NCBI RefSeq assembly: GCF_021054785.1
Contig: NZ_CP088239.1
Location: 900,001 to 932,000 of the forward strand
Reading direction: 5' to 3'
DNA: 32,000 nt
Source of the DNA: Tannockella kyphosi
GTDB taxonomy: Bacteria > Bacillota_I > Bacilli_A > Erysipelotrichales > Coprobacillaceae
Shown: positions 17,478-25,153 of the stretch, in pieces
How positions within the stretch are numbered: position 1 is the stretch's first letter
Layout of the letters: every line of letters starts with the position of its first letter
The notes under the pieces: model-generated
The model's database searches: none
What the model was told of the DNA's origin: nothing
What the model saw: only the letters and a program-made list of their open reading frames with translations
Translations under genes and position numbers: made by a program

Positions 17478-18914
17478 ATGAAAATGATTATAAACGGACT
17501 TGCAGTAGAAGCAAGTGATGGAAAAACTATTGATGTAATTAACCCTGCAACTGGAACAGTTGTTGACACAGTGCCATCTGCAACTATTGATGATATCAAT
17601 AGTGCAGTAGCTTGTGCTAAAGAAGCTCAAAAAACTTGGGCAAAAGTGCCAGTACATGCACGAGTTGATATTATGATGAAGTTCTTAACATTCGTAGAAA
17701 GAGATAAAGAAGTATTAGCAAAAACATTATCAGATGAAACTGGTAAAACTATTACGGAAGCTCGTGGTGAAATCGGAAATATACCAATCGCTTTTAAAGC
17801 TTTTAGTGAAAAAGCAAAACATTTATATGGAGAAGTAGTAGGGCCTGGATTAGAAGCCGGACAAGAAACAAATATTTTATTTACACAACGTGAACCAATT
17901 GGTGTAGTTGCATGTGTTATTCCTTTCAACTTCCCTTGTGATTTATTTGACCAAAAAGTTGCACCAGCACTATTAAGTGGGAATGCAGCAATAGTAAAAC
18001 CAGCAACAGACAATCCATTGACTTTATGTATGTTAACAGCATTATTAGTAGAAGCAGGTGTAACTCCTGGTGCTATTGAAGTGGTTACAGGTAGAGGATC
18101 AGTAGTAGGTGGTGTCTTATGTTCTCATCCAGATGTTCATTTAGTAACATTAACAGGATCAACAGAAGTTGGTATTGAAACAGCTGTAAATTGTGCTAAA
18201 AACTTAACACATACAGCATTAGAATTAGGTGGAAATGATGCATTTATCGTATTAGAAGATGCTGATGTTGAATTAGCTGCTTCTGAAGTGATTTGGGGAC
18301 GTATGTATAATACAGGTCAAGTATGCTGTGCTTCAAAACGTTTCTTAGTGCATAGTTCTAGAGTAGAAGAATTTACAACAAAAGTGATTGAAAAAATATC
18401 TGCATTAAAATTAGGAGTTCCTAGTGATGAAACTTCACAACTTGGATGTCTAATTAGCGAAAAAGCAGCAATTGAAATAGAACAACAAGTAAATCTAACA
18501 GTAGAACAAGGTGGAACTATTCTATTAGGTGGAAAAAGATCAGGTGCTTTCTATACACCTACAGTAATAGGTAATGTTCCTAAAACTGCAGATGTAGCCA
18601 AAGATATGGAAATATTTGGACCAGTTGTACCAATTATTTCATTTGAAACTGTTGAAGAAGCAGTAGAAATAGCAAATGCATCAATTTTCGGATTATGTGG
18701 ATGCGTATTTTCTGAAAACTCTAAAACAGCTATGAAAGTAGCATATGCATTAGAATGTGGAGGCGCAGTAATTAATGGTGCAAGTTTCTTCCGTTCATTC
18801 GAAATGCCATTTGGAGGATATAAATTCTCTGGATTAGGTACAGAAGGTGTTATGAGTACATTTGATGAAATGACAAGAACTAAATCAGTAGTATTAAAAA
18901 ATATATTAGGATAA
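17478..18914 (+). CDS. NAD(P)-dependent aldehyde dehydrogenase
   Basis: ELGGND (catalytic Glu) and GQVCCASKR (catalytic Cys). The FNFP and GSTEVG motifs are present. 478 aa. Confidence 0.9.
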   Translation: MKMIINGLAVEASDGKTIDVINPATGTVVDTVPSATIDDINSAVACAKEAQKTWAKVPVHARVDIMMKFLTFVERDKEVLAKTLSDETGKTITEARGEIGNIPIAFKAFSEKAKHLYGEVVGPGLEAGQETNILFTQREPIGVVACVIPFNFPCDLFDQKVAPALLSGNAAIVKPATDNPLTLCMLTALLVEAGVTPGAIEVVTGRGSVVGGVLCSHPDVHLVTLTGSTEVGIETAVNCAKNLTHTALELGGNDAFIVLEDADVELAASEVIWGRMYNTGQVCCASKRFLVHSSRVEEFTTKVIEKISALKLGVPSDETSQLGCLISEKAAIEIEQQVNLTVEQGGTILLGGKRSGAFYTPTVIGNVPKTADVAKDMEIFGPVVPIISFETVEEAVEIANASIFGLCGCVFSENSKTAMKVAYALECGGAVINGASFFRSFEMPFGGYKFSGLGTEGVMSTFDEMTRTKSVVLKNILG

Positions 18915-18919
18915 TAACT

Positions 18920-18947
18920 AAAAATCACCCAATAGGGTGATTTTTTA
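18920..18947 (+). terminator. Rho-independent terminator of the FIST-ALDH operon
   Basis: AAAAATCACCC AATA GGGTGATTTTTT. Confidence 0.85.
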
Positions 18948-18990
18948 TGTTTATATGATTAAAAAACCTAAAAGGCTTTTATAAGACACA

Positions 18991-19018
18991 ACTTCGCATA
19001 ATGTATGTTATGTTATAA
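18991..19018 (+). other. dif: dif-like XerC/XerD chromosome dimer resolution site
   Basis: ACTTCGCATAA TGTATG TTATGTTATAA. By hand it is 22/28 identical to E. coli dif and 19/28 to B. subtilis dif (both recalled from memory). It lies in the convergent gap where gene orientation switches, 1.3 kb from xerD. Confidence 0.75.
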
Positions 19019-19101
19019 AATAGGCATTTTATGCGATAATAAAAGGCTTTTTATAATTAGGATGATCTATAAAAAAGAAAGATCATTACAATCTTTCCTT
19101 A

Positions 19102-20283
19102 TTATTTTAATAACTCTAATATAGATTCTCCTATATCAGGCATTTTAACTCCAAAATTCTCTGCAATAGTTGCTCCAATCACACCAAAGCATGTTATATC
19201 CTGTAAGTGTCTTGGTTTAATAAATGATTTTGAATACATCAACAATGGAACCATTTCACGAGTATGATCTGTTCCTTTGAACGTTGGATCATTACCATGG
19301 TCTGCTGTTAACATTAATAAATCAGTATCCTTTAGATATGCCATTAGTGTTTCTAATTGCGCATCAAAGTCAACGATAGCTTTTCCATATCCAATTGGAT
19401 CACGACGATGTCCATATACAGCATCAAAATCAACAAGATTTACAAAAGCCAATCCTTCAAAATCTTCTTTCGAAATTTCAATTGTTTTTTCCATACCATC
19501 ATGATTACTAATAGTTGGAACTTTTCTAGTAATACCATGATCACAGAAAATATCTGGTATTTTACCTACACCAATTACATCAAAATTGTTATCTTTTAAA
19601 GTATCTAAAACTGTTTCACTAGTTGGTGCTAACGCCCAGTCATGTCTTCTTGGTGTTCTTTTAAAAGCTCCGGCATGCTTTCCTATGTAAGGTCTTGCAA
19701 TAACACGACCAACTTTCCAACGTGGATCCATTGCAATTTCACGTGCTATTTCACATGCTTTATATAATTCTTCAATACTTATAATTTCTTCATTAGCAGC
19801 AATTTGAAAAACAGAGTCTGCAGAAGTGTATACAATCCAATCTCCTGTCTTGATTTGATGTTCCCCATATTTATCTAAAATTTCAGTACCACTAGCCGCA
19901 ATATTACCTATCGTTTTTCTACCAGTTTGTTGTTCAAACAAATCAATGAATTCTTGTGGGAATCCTGTTTCAGTGAATGTTACAAAAGGAACTTCTGTTT
20001 TCAAACCCATCATTTCATAATGACCAGTCATTGTATCTTTACCATTTGATATTTCTTCTAAACGAACAGTGTATCCTAATTGTTGGTTATGACGATAAAT
20101 ACCCGAAAAATGTCCTAAAGAACCTAAGCCTATACCTTCTAAATTCGGAACATTTAACCCGTTACATGATTTAGCAATACTTTCTAAGGTATTAGCACCC
20201 TCATCACCAAAGTCCTTTGCATCTTTTGAAGCACCTATTCCTAATGAATCTAATACAATAACAAAAATTCTTTTATATTTCAT
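19102..20283 (-). CDS. deoB: Phosphopentomutase
   Basis: The N-terminus RIFVIVLDSLGIG and the HGNDPT...DHTRE motifs are present. 393 aa. xerD-deoB adjacency matches B. subtilis (ripX-drm). Confidence 0.95.
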   Translation of the reverse strand: MKYKRIFVIVLDSLGIGASKDAKDFGDEGANTLESIAKSCNGLNVPNLEGIGLGSLGHFSGIYRHNQQLGYTVRLEEISNGKDTMTGHYEMMGLKTEVPFVTFTETGFPQEFIDLFEQQTGRKTIGNIAASGTEILDKYGEHQIKTGDWIVYTSADSVFQIAANEEIISIEELYKACEIAREIAMDPRWKVGRVIARPYIGKHAGAFKRTPRRHDWALAPTSETVLDTLKDNNFDVIGVGKIPDIFCDHGITRKVPTISNHDGMEKTIEISKEDFEGLAFVNLVDFDAVYGHRRDPIGYGKAIVDFDAQLETLMAYLKDTDLLMLTADHGNDPTFKGTDHTREMVPLLMYSKSFIKPRHLQDITCFGVIGATIAENFGVKMPDIGESILELLK

Positions 20284-20303
20284 AAATAAACCATCTCCTT
20301 ATA

Positions 20304-21200
20304 TTATTTTTTTGATCTTGGATGAAAATCTTGATATGCTGCTTTTAATGATTTATTAGAAACGTGTGTATATATTGTGGTTGTACTAATATCACTATGT
20401 CCAAGCATTTCTTGAATTGAACGTAAATCAGCATCATTTTCAAGTAAATGAGTAGCAAAACTATGTCTTAACGTATGTGGTGTACAGTGTTTATGAATAC
20501 CACTATTATCAACTATTTTAATCATTGTTTGATAAAAATCATTTCTAGTAATACAAACACCTTTATTTGATATAAACAAATAAGAAGTGGCAGAGTTTAT
20601 AAACTTTGGACGAACCTCATGAATATATCGTTGTAATAATTGACAAACATATTCACTAATAGGTATCATTCTTTCTTTGTTACCCTTCCCTATTACCTTC
20701 ATAAAACGCATATGTGTATTCACTTGTTGTATTTTTAATGATAGTAACTCAGAAACACGAATACCTGAAGCATAAAGTAACTCTAACATCACTTTATTAC
20801 GAAAAGATGAATCATCTTCCTGGTCAATACTATTTAATAATACGGTCACTTGTTCTACCGTTAATACATTTGGTAATTTTTTGCTTATCTTAGGAATTGC
20901 AACATTAGCCATACAATTCTTTTGAACATAACCATCCTTACATAAAAAAACATAAAAATTACGTAAAGAAACAATCCGATGTTTAATGGTTGTTGAGCTT
21001 AGTCTCCCATAACAATATTCTAAATATTTTTCAATCATCTCTTCATTTATAGAAGATATTTCATCAACATCATAAGTATCTAAAACATAATTTATAAAAT
21101 CATTTAGATCCCTTTTATATGACAATATCGTATTAGAACTTAATCCTTTTTCAACCAATAAATATTGGAAATATTCCTTTAAAACATCAATATTTTTCAT
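20304..21200 (-). CDS. xerD: Tyrosine recombinase XerD
   Basis: R...K...HxxR...H...Y catalytic pattern (GIRVSEL, GKGNKER, HTLRHSFATHL, LGHSDISTTTIYTHV). Start moved to ATG 21200 behind AGGTGA; the GTG at 21209 lies inside that SD. Confidence 0.85.
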   Translation of the reverse strand: MKNIDVLKEYFQYLLVEKGLSSNTILSYKRDLNDFINYVLDTYDVDEISSINEEMIEKYLEYCYGRLSSTTIKHRIVSLRNFYVFLCKDGYVQKNCMANVAIPKISKKLPNVLTVEQVTVLLNSIDQEDDSSFRNKVMLELLYASGIRVSELLSLKIQQVNTHMRFMKVIGKGNKERMIPISEYVCQLLQRYIHEVRPKFINSATSYLFISNKGVCITRNDFYQTMIKIVDNSGIHKHCTPHTLRHSFATHLLENDADLRSIQEMLGHSDISTTTIYTHVSNKSLKAAYQDFHPRSKK

Positions 21201-21239
21201 TTCTATCACCTAAAACATTATAACATAAATGCCTATAAA

Positions 21240-21800
21240 TTAAACAAGATATACTCTTGAAATGATAGATAGAATAAAAAGTAATAAGATAACAATAAAA
21301 TAATCTAAGAAATAATTAATAATGATACTACCTTTAAAGATATCATGACTAACAAATGAAACCTTAAACACATTCACTGATAAAGATAAACATAACATAG
21401 AAACAATCAATACAATTACTATTTCTAGTAGTATTTGTGGTAAAACACCTAAAATAAATAGTTCAAAAGATAAACCATTAATAAATAGATTGTAAATTGA
21501 AAAAGATACTTGAATTCCTTTTGAATAAATAATAAAAGAATTTAATAGTACTCCCATATAGCTAGTACTAGCTAAAAAAGATAAAAAATAATAAAAAAAA
21601 CTAATTAAAATATATGTATTTTGATTATCTATATACACTTCTCCACTGATATAAAATAGTTGTCCAAATAAATCAGGTAATAGATTATTGGATCTAGTAT
21701 AAAAATATACACCAAATAAAAATCCAAAAACAAACAATGTTAAACTATACACAAAAACAATATGATTTAATCCTTTTGATATAAATCTAATAATTTTCAT
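21240..21800 (-). CDS. spoIIM: SpoIIM-like polytopic membrane protein
   Basis: 186 aa, about 5 TM segments. Its position upstream of xerD-deoB matches B. subtilis spoIIM-(fur)-ripX-drm. The family call rests on synteny and topology only. Confidence 0.5.
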   Translation of the reverse strand: MKIIRFISKGLNHIVFVYSLTLFVFGFLFGVYFYTRSNNLLPDLFGQLFYISGEVYIDNQNTYILISFFYYFLSFLASTSYMGVLLNSFIIYSKGIQVSFSIYNLFINGLSFELFILGVLPQILLEIVIVLIVSMLCLSLSVNVFKVSFVSHDIFKGSIIINYFLDYFIVILLLFILSIISRVYLV

Positions 21801-21862
21801 ACCCTATCCTCATTTCTTTTTTATATTTATATGAATAAATATAAATAACATTACAGATAGTA

Positions 21863-21899
21863 TTATAAAAACCATATAAATCATGTGATTTATATGGTT
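21863..21899 (-). terminator. Rho-independent terminator of dinB
   Basis: The AACCATATAAAT / ATTTATATGGTT perfect stem (21870-21899) is followed on the minus strand by TTTTTAT. Confidence 0.7.
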
Positions 21900-21919
21900 A
21901 ATGGAACAATGATTGATAA

Positions 21920-23128
21920 TTATTCATCAAATTCTAAATATTTTTTTTGAATATCTGATTTAATTAAATCACTTGCTTTTATAAAAGAAGTGCTATTTTG
22001 TTTTTTATTTAAAGATTCTAACAATAGATCTGTTTTTGTTTTATCGTCCTTTTTATCTTGATAGGTAAATAAGGATAATTGTTCATGATGATTTTTTCGT
22101 TCTATTGTTTGTTGTAAACTGATGCCAAGCAAACGAACAGGTCTACCATTATAATGTTCATCAAATAATCTTTTTGCTGTTGCTACAATGACTTCGTATT
22201 CATTAGTATAGCCTGTTAATGTAACTTGTCTATTCAAGCTTTCAAAACGTGTATATTTTATTGTTATTGAAAGTGTATTACTAATTAAATCTCTTTTAAT
22301 AGCACGATTAGAAACCTGTCTTGCTAAAGAACTTAATATATCGTATAACTGTTCTTCATCACTCGTGTCTTTTGGTAAAGTAGTAGAATTTCCAACAGAC
22401 TTTAATTGATTACGTGAAGCATTGACTTTGCTTTGGTCAATTCCATTTGCTTTTCGATAAAGAATTAATGCATTTTTACCAGTTATTGATCTTAATAAAT
22501 CATAATTCTTCTTGTTAGCAATATCTTTGATAGTATAAAATCCTAATTGTTCTAATTTAGGATATGTTTTCTTTCCAATACCAAACATATCTTGAATCGA
22601 TAAAGGCCATAATTTTTCTTGATAATTACTCTTGGTAAGTACCGTTATTCCATTTGGTTTTTTCATATCACTTGCCATTTTTGCCAGAAATTTATTAGGA
22701 GCAATGCCTATTGAAACATTAATTTTTAATTGATTATAAATCGTCTCTTGTAGTTGCAAAGCTACATACTCAGGATCAACATTCTGACTTACAATATATT
22801 CTGTCATATCAACATAACATTCATCAATGCTTGCAACTTCTAAAACATCACTAAAAGTAGAAACAATCGAAAAGAATGATTGTGATAAATGTCGATATAG
22901 TGTAAAATCAGCTGGCTTTACTATTAAATCAGGGCATAATTTTAATGCTTGAAATAAAGGCATAGCAGAATGAATACCTAAAGCACGAGCTTCATAGGAT
23001 GCAGTAGTAATAATACTTCGCTTTGATTTACCACTTACTACTAGTGGTTTACCCATTAATGAAGGATCACGAGTAATCTCAGCACTTGCATAAAAAGCAT
23101 TAATATCAATATGAAATATAATTTGCAT
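21920..23128 (-). CDS. dinB: DNA polymerase IV (Y-family)
   Basis: IFHIDINAFYASAE and ASIDECYVD motifs. 402 aa. Confidence 0.95.
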   Translation of the reverse strand: MQIIFHIDINAFYASAEITRDPSLMGKPLVVSGKSKRSIITTASYEARALGIHSAMPLFQALKLCPDLIVKPADFTLYRHLSQSFFSIVSTFSDVLEVASIDECYVDMTEYIVSQNVDPEYVALQLQETIYNQLKINVSIGIAPNKFLAKMASDMKKPNGITVLTKSNYQEKLWPLSIQDMFGIGKKTYPKLEQLGFYTIKDIANKKNYDLLRSITGKNALILYRKANGIDQSKVNASRNQLKSVGNSTTLPKDTSDEEQLYDILSSLARQVSNRAIKRDLISNTLSITIKYTRFESLNRQVTLTGYTNEYEVIVATAKRLFDEHYNGRPVRLLGISLQQTIERKNHHEQLSLFTYQDKKDDKTKTDLLLESLNKKQNSTSFIKASDLIKSDIQKKYLEFDE

Positions 23129-23167
23129 AGTAATTTCTCCTTTGAAAAATTATAACACTATCAATTC

Positions 23168-23977
23168 TTAAAATAAATTATTTTTACGTGCATTTATTGT
23201 TTTGTGTTCTAAACGTAGCTTATCTGCAATCATTGCAATAAACTCTGAATTAGTAGGCTTCGATTTTGTAGCACTGACTGTATACCCAAATATTTCATCG
23301 ATTGCATCCGTATTTCCTCTATTCCATGCTACCTCGATAGCATGACGAATTGCTCTTTCCACTCTTGAAGAGGTTGTACTATAGTTTTTTGCAATATTAG
23401 GATATAAGACTTTTGTTACTTGTCCTAGCAGTTCAATATTGTAATAGGTTGATAATATCGCAGTTCTTAGATACATATAACCTTTTATATGAGCAGGAAT
23501 ACCTACTTCATGTAGAATTTCTGTTATTTCATTTTCAATTTTAACTTTTTGATACTTTGTTGACTCTTCTTGATTTTCTCTTGAAACATGTAATGTTTTT
23601 GAATTAGTAGTCATTACTTTTAAAGTCATTGTAACAAAACTTTGTAAGTCAAAAGGCATTTTAAAACAATAATCAACATTTAATTTTTCTAAAGAATCAC
23701 ACATGATTGGGTTTAAAAAATTTGTTATACATATTAATTTTCGATATGCATTAGGATTTACCTCTTTTAATTTGGTAATTACTGTAATTCCATCTATGTG
23801 CGTTAACATAAGGTTTGTAATAAATAAATCGATTTGATTTTTAGCTAAATCATTTAAACACATCGTTGAATTAGTACTACTCCCTACTACTGTAAAATGA
23901 CTATTTTCTAAGACTTCTTGCATTCTAACTAATAATTCTTTGTTTTCTTCTAAAATGTAAACTTTATATTTTTCCAT
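23168..23977 (-). CDS. spo0A: Spo0A-family sporulation master regulator with a degenerate receiver domain
   Basis: The C-terminal domain is near-identical to the Spo0A signature ([16 protein letters not shown]...[15 protein letters not shown]...[19 protein letters not shown]). Start at ATG 23977 (MEKYKV) behind GGAGGA. Confidence 0.9.
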   Translation of the reverse strand: MEKYKVYILEENKELLVRMQEVLENSHFTVVGSSTNSTMCLNDLAKNQIDLFITNLMLTHIDGITVITKLKEVNPNAYRKLICITNFLNPIMCDSLEKLNVDYCFKMPFDLQSFVTMTLKVMTTNSKTLHVSRENQEESTKYQKVKIENEITEILHEVGIPAHIKGYMYLRTAILSTYYNIELLGQVTKVLYPNIAKNYSTTSSRVERAIRHAIEVAWNRGNTDAIDEIFGYTVSATKSKPTNSEFIAMIADKLRLEHKTINARKNNLF

Positions 23978-24129
23978 AATCTTCCTCCGTTTTATCCTCA
24001 CCAACACGTTTATTATATAATTTACATATTCCTATTTTTAATACTTTTCATTGATTTGACATCTTTTTTGTTTAAAACGAATTATTAATTAATATAAACC
24101 TAAATATTCCAACAAATTATTTACTATAA

Positions 24130-24136
24130 TGTCGAA
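24130..24136 (+). promoter_or_regulatory. Consensus 0A box (TGTCGAA) upstream of spo0A
   Basis: Exact match to the 7-bp Spo0A binding consensus, 153 nt upstream of the spo0A start in the divergent intergenic region. Confidence 0.35.
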
Positions 24137-24203
24137 CTAAATTTAACAATGTAGTATTATAAGATGTAATATATGCTATAATTTTAAAAAAGGAGATACT
24201 ATT

Positions 24204-24689
24204 ATGACAGAACAATTACTGTATGATATGATTTTATATTTTGAAAATGATCCTAAAAGAATTCATCATTTAATAAAAGTTTATGAGTTTGGAAAGCTTA
24301 TTGCTAGAAATGAAAATTTAGATAAAAAAACAATTCAAACAATTGAATTGGCTTGTCTTATCCATGATTGTGGTATTAAAATAGCAGAACGGTTAGAACA
24401 TTCTAGTGCTGGTCCTTTACAGGAAAAATATGGACCTGAAATTGTTTACCAACTACTATCTAACTATCCTCTTGAAGATGATATTAAAAATCGTATTGCT
24501 TATCTTGTAGGCCATCATCATACTTATATCAATATAACTGGATTAGATTATCAAATATTAGTAGAAGCTGATTTTTTAGTTAATATATTGGAAGATAATA
24601 TGACTATTGACCAAATAAACCTTATTAAAAATAATATTTTTAAAACTAAAATGGGTATTTTTCTATTAGATACTTTATATTTAAAATAA
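24204..24689 (+). CDS. HD-domain phosphohydrolase family protein
   Basis: H...HD (CLIHDCG)...GHHHTY...EAD pattern. 161 aa. Confidence 0.75.
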   Translation: MTEQLLYDMILYFENDPKRIHHLIKVYEFGKLIARNENLDKKTIQTIELACLIHDCGIKIAERLEHSSAGPLQEKYGPEIVYQLLSNYPLEDDIKNRIAYLVGHHHTYINITGLDYQILVEADFLVNILEDNMTIDQINLIKNNIFKTKMGIFLLDTLYLK

Positions 24690-24713
24690 AAAGAAATGTT
24701 TTCACATTTCTTT
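24690..24713. terminator. Bidirectional terminator that exactly fills the gap between the convergent HD and marR genes
   Basis: AAAGAAATGT TTTC ACATTTCTTT, a perfect 10-bp stem. An A-run lies upstream and a T-run downstream. Confidence 0.75.
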
Positions 24714-25142
24714 TTATTCAATATTTAATTTATTTAATAATTTATAAAACTGTTCAATTTCATCTTTAGACATATTTTCAAACACAATACTTGCATGATT
24801 TTTGATTTTTCGATCTAATACAATAGCAATATTTTCACCTAGTTCTGTTAGTTCAATTAAATTCTCATTATTAATAACACCTGAATTTTTCTTTATTAAA
24901 GAATCTCTTACTAATTTTTTTAATGCTTCACTAACAGCCTGTGAAGATATATTTGAATATTTTGCAATGGTTCTTTGGTTTAAAGAACCATTTTTTAATA
25001 AGATGCGTAAAATATTTCTTCCAGTACTACTGATTTTATCGATATAGTTTGAAAAATCATCATCTTTATGAATATTCTTTTTTTGTTTTGTTATTAGTTC
25101 ATAGGTTGCAAAAAACTTTCCTAATACAATATCATTATCCAT
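24714..25142 (-). CDS. MarR-family transcriptional regulator
   Basis: 142 aa. wHTH LNQRTIAKYSNISSQAVSEALKKLVRDSLI. It is the last gene of the ABC exporter operon. Confidence 0.8.
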   Translation of the reverse strand: MDNDIVLGKFFATYELITKQKKNIHKDDDFSNYIDKISSTGRNILRILLKNGSLNQRTIAKYSNISSQAVSEALKKLVRDSLIKKNSGVINNENLIELTELGENIAIVLDRKIKNHASIVFENMSKDEIEQFYKLLNKLNIE

Positions 25143-25153
25143 TCTATTGTCCT

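Noticed and set aside
24174-24182. Extended -10-like TGcTATAAT upstream of the HD gene
   Set aside because: It lies only about 22 nt from the ATG. A transcript starting there would begin at or inside the SD (AAGGAG, 24190-24195), so it is probably not the functional promoter.
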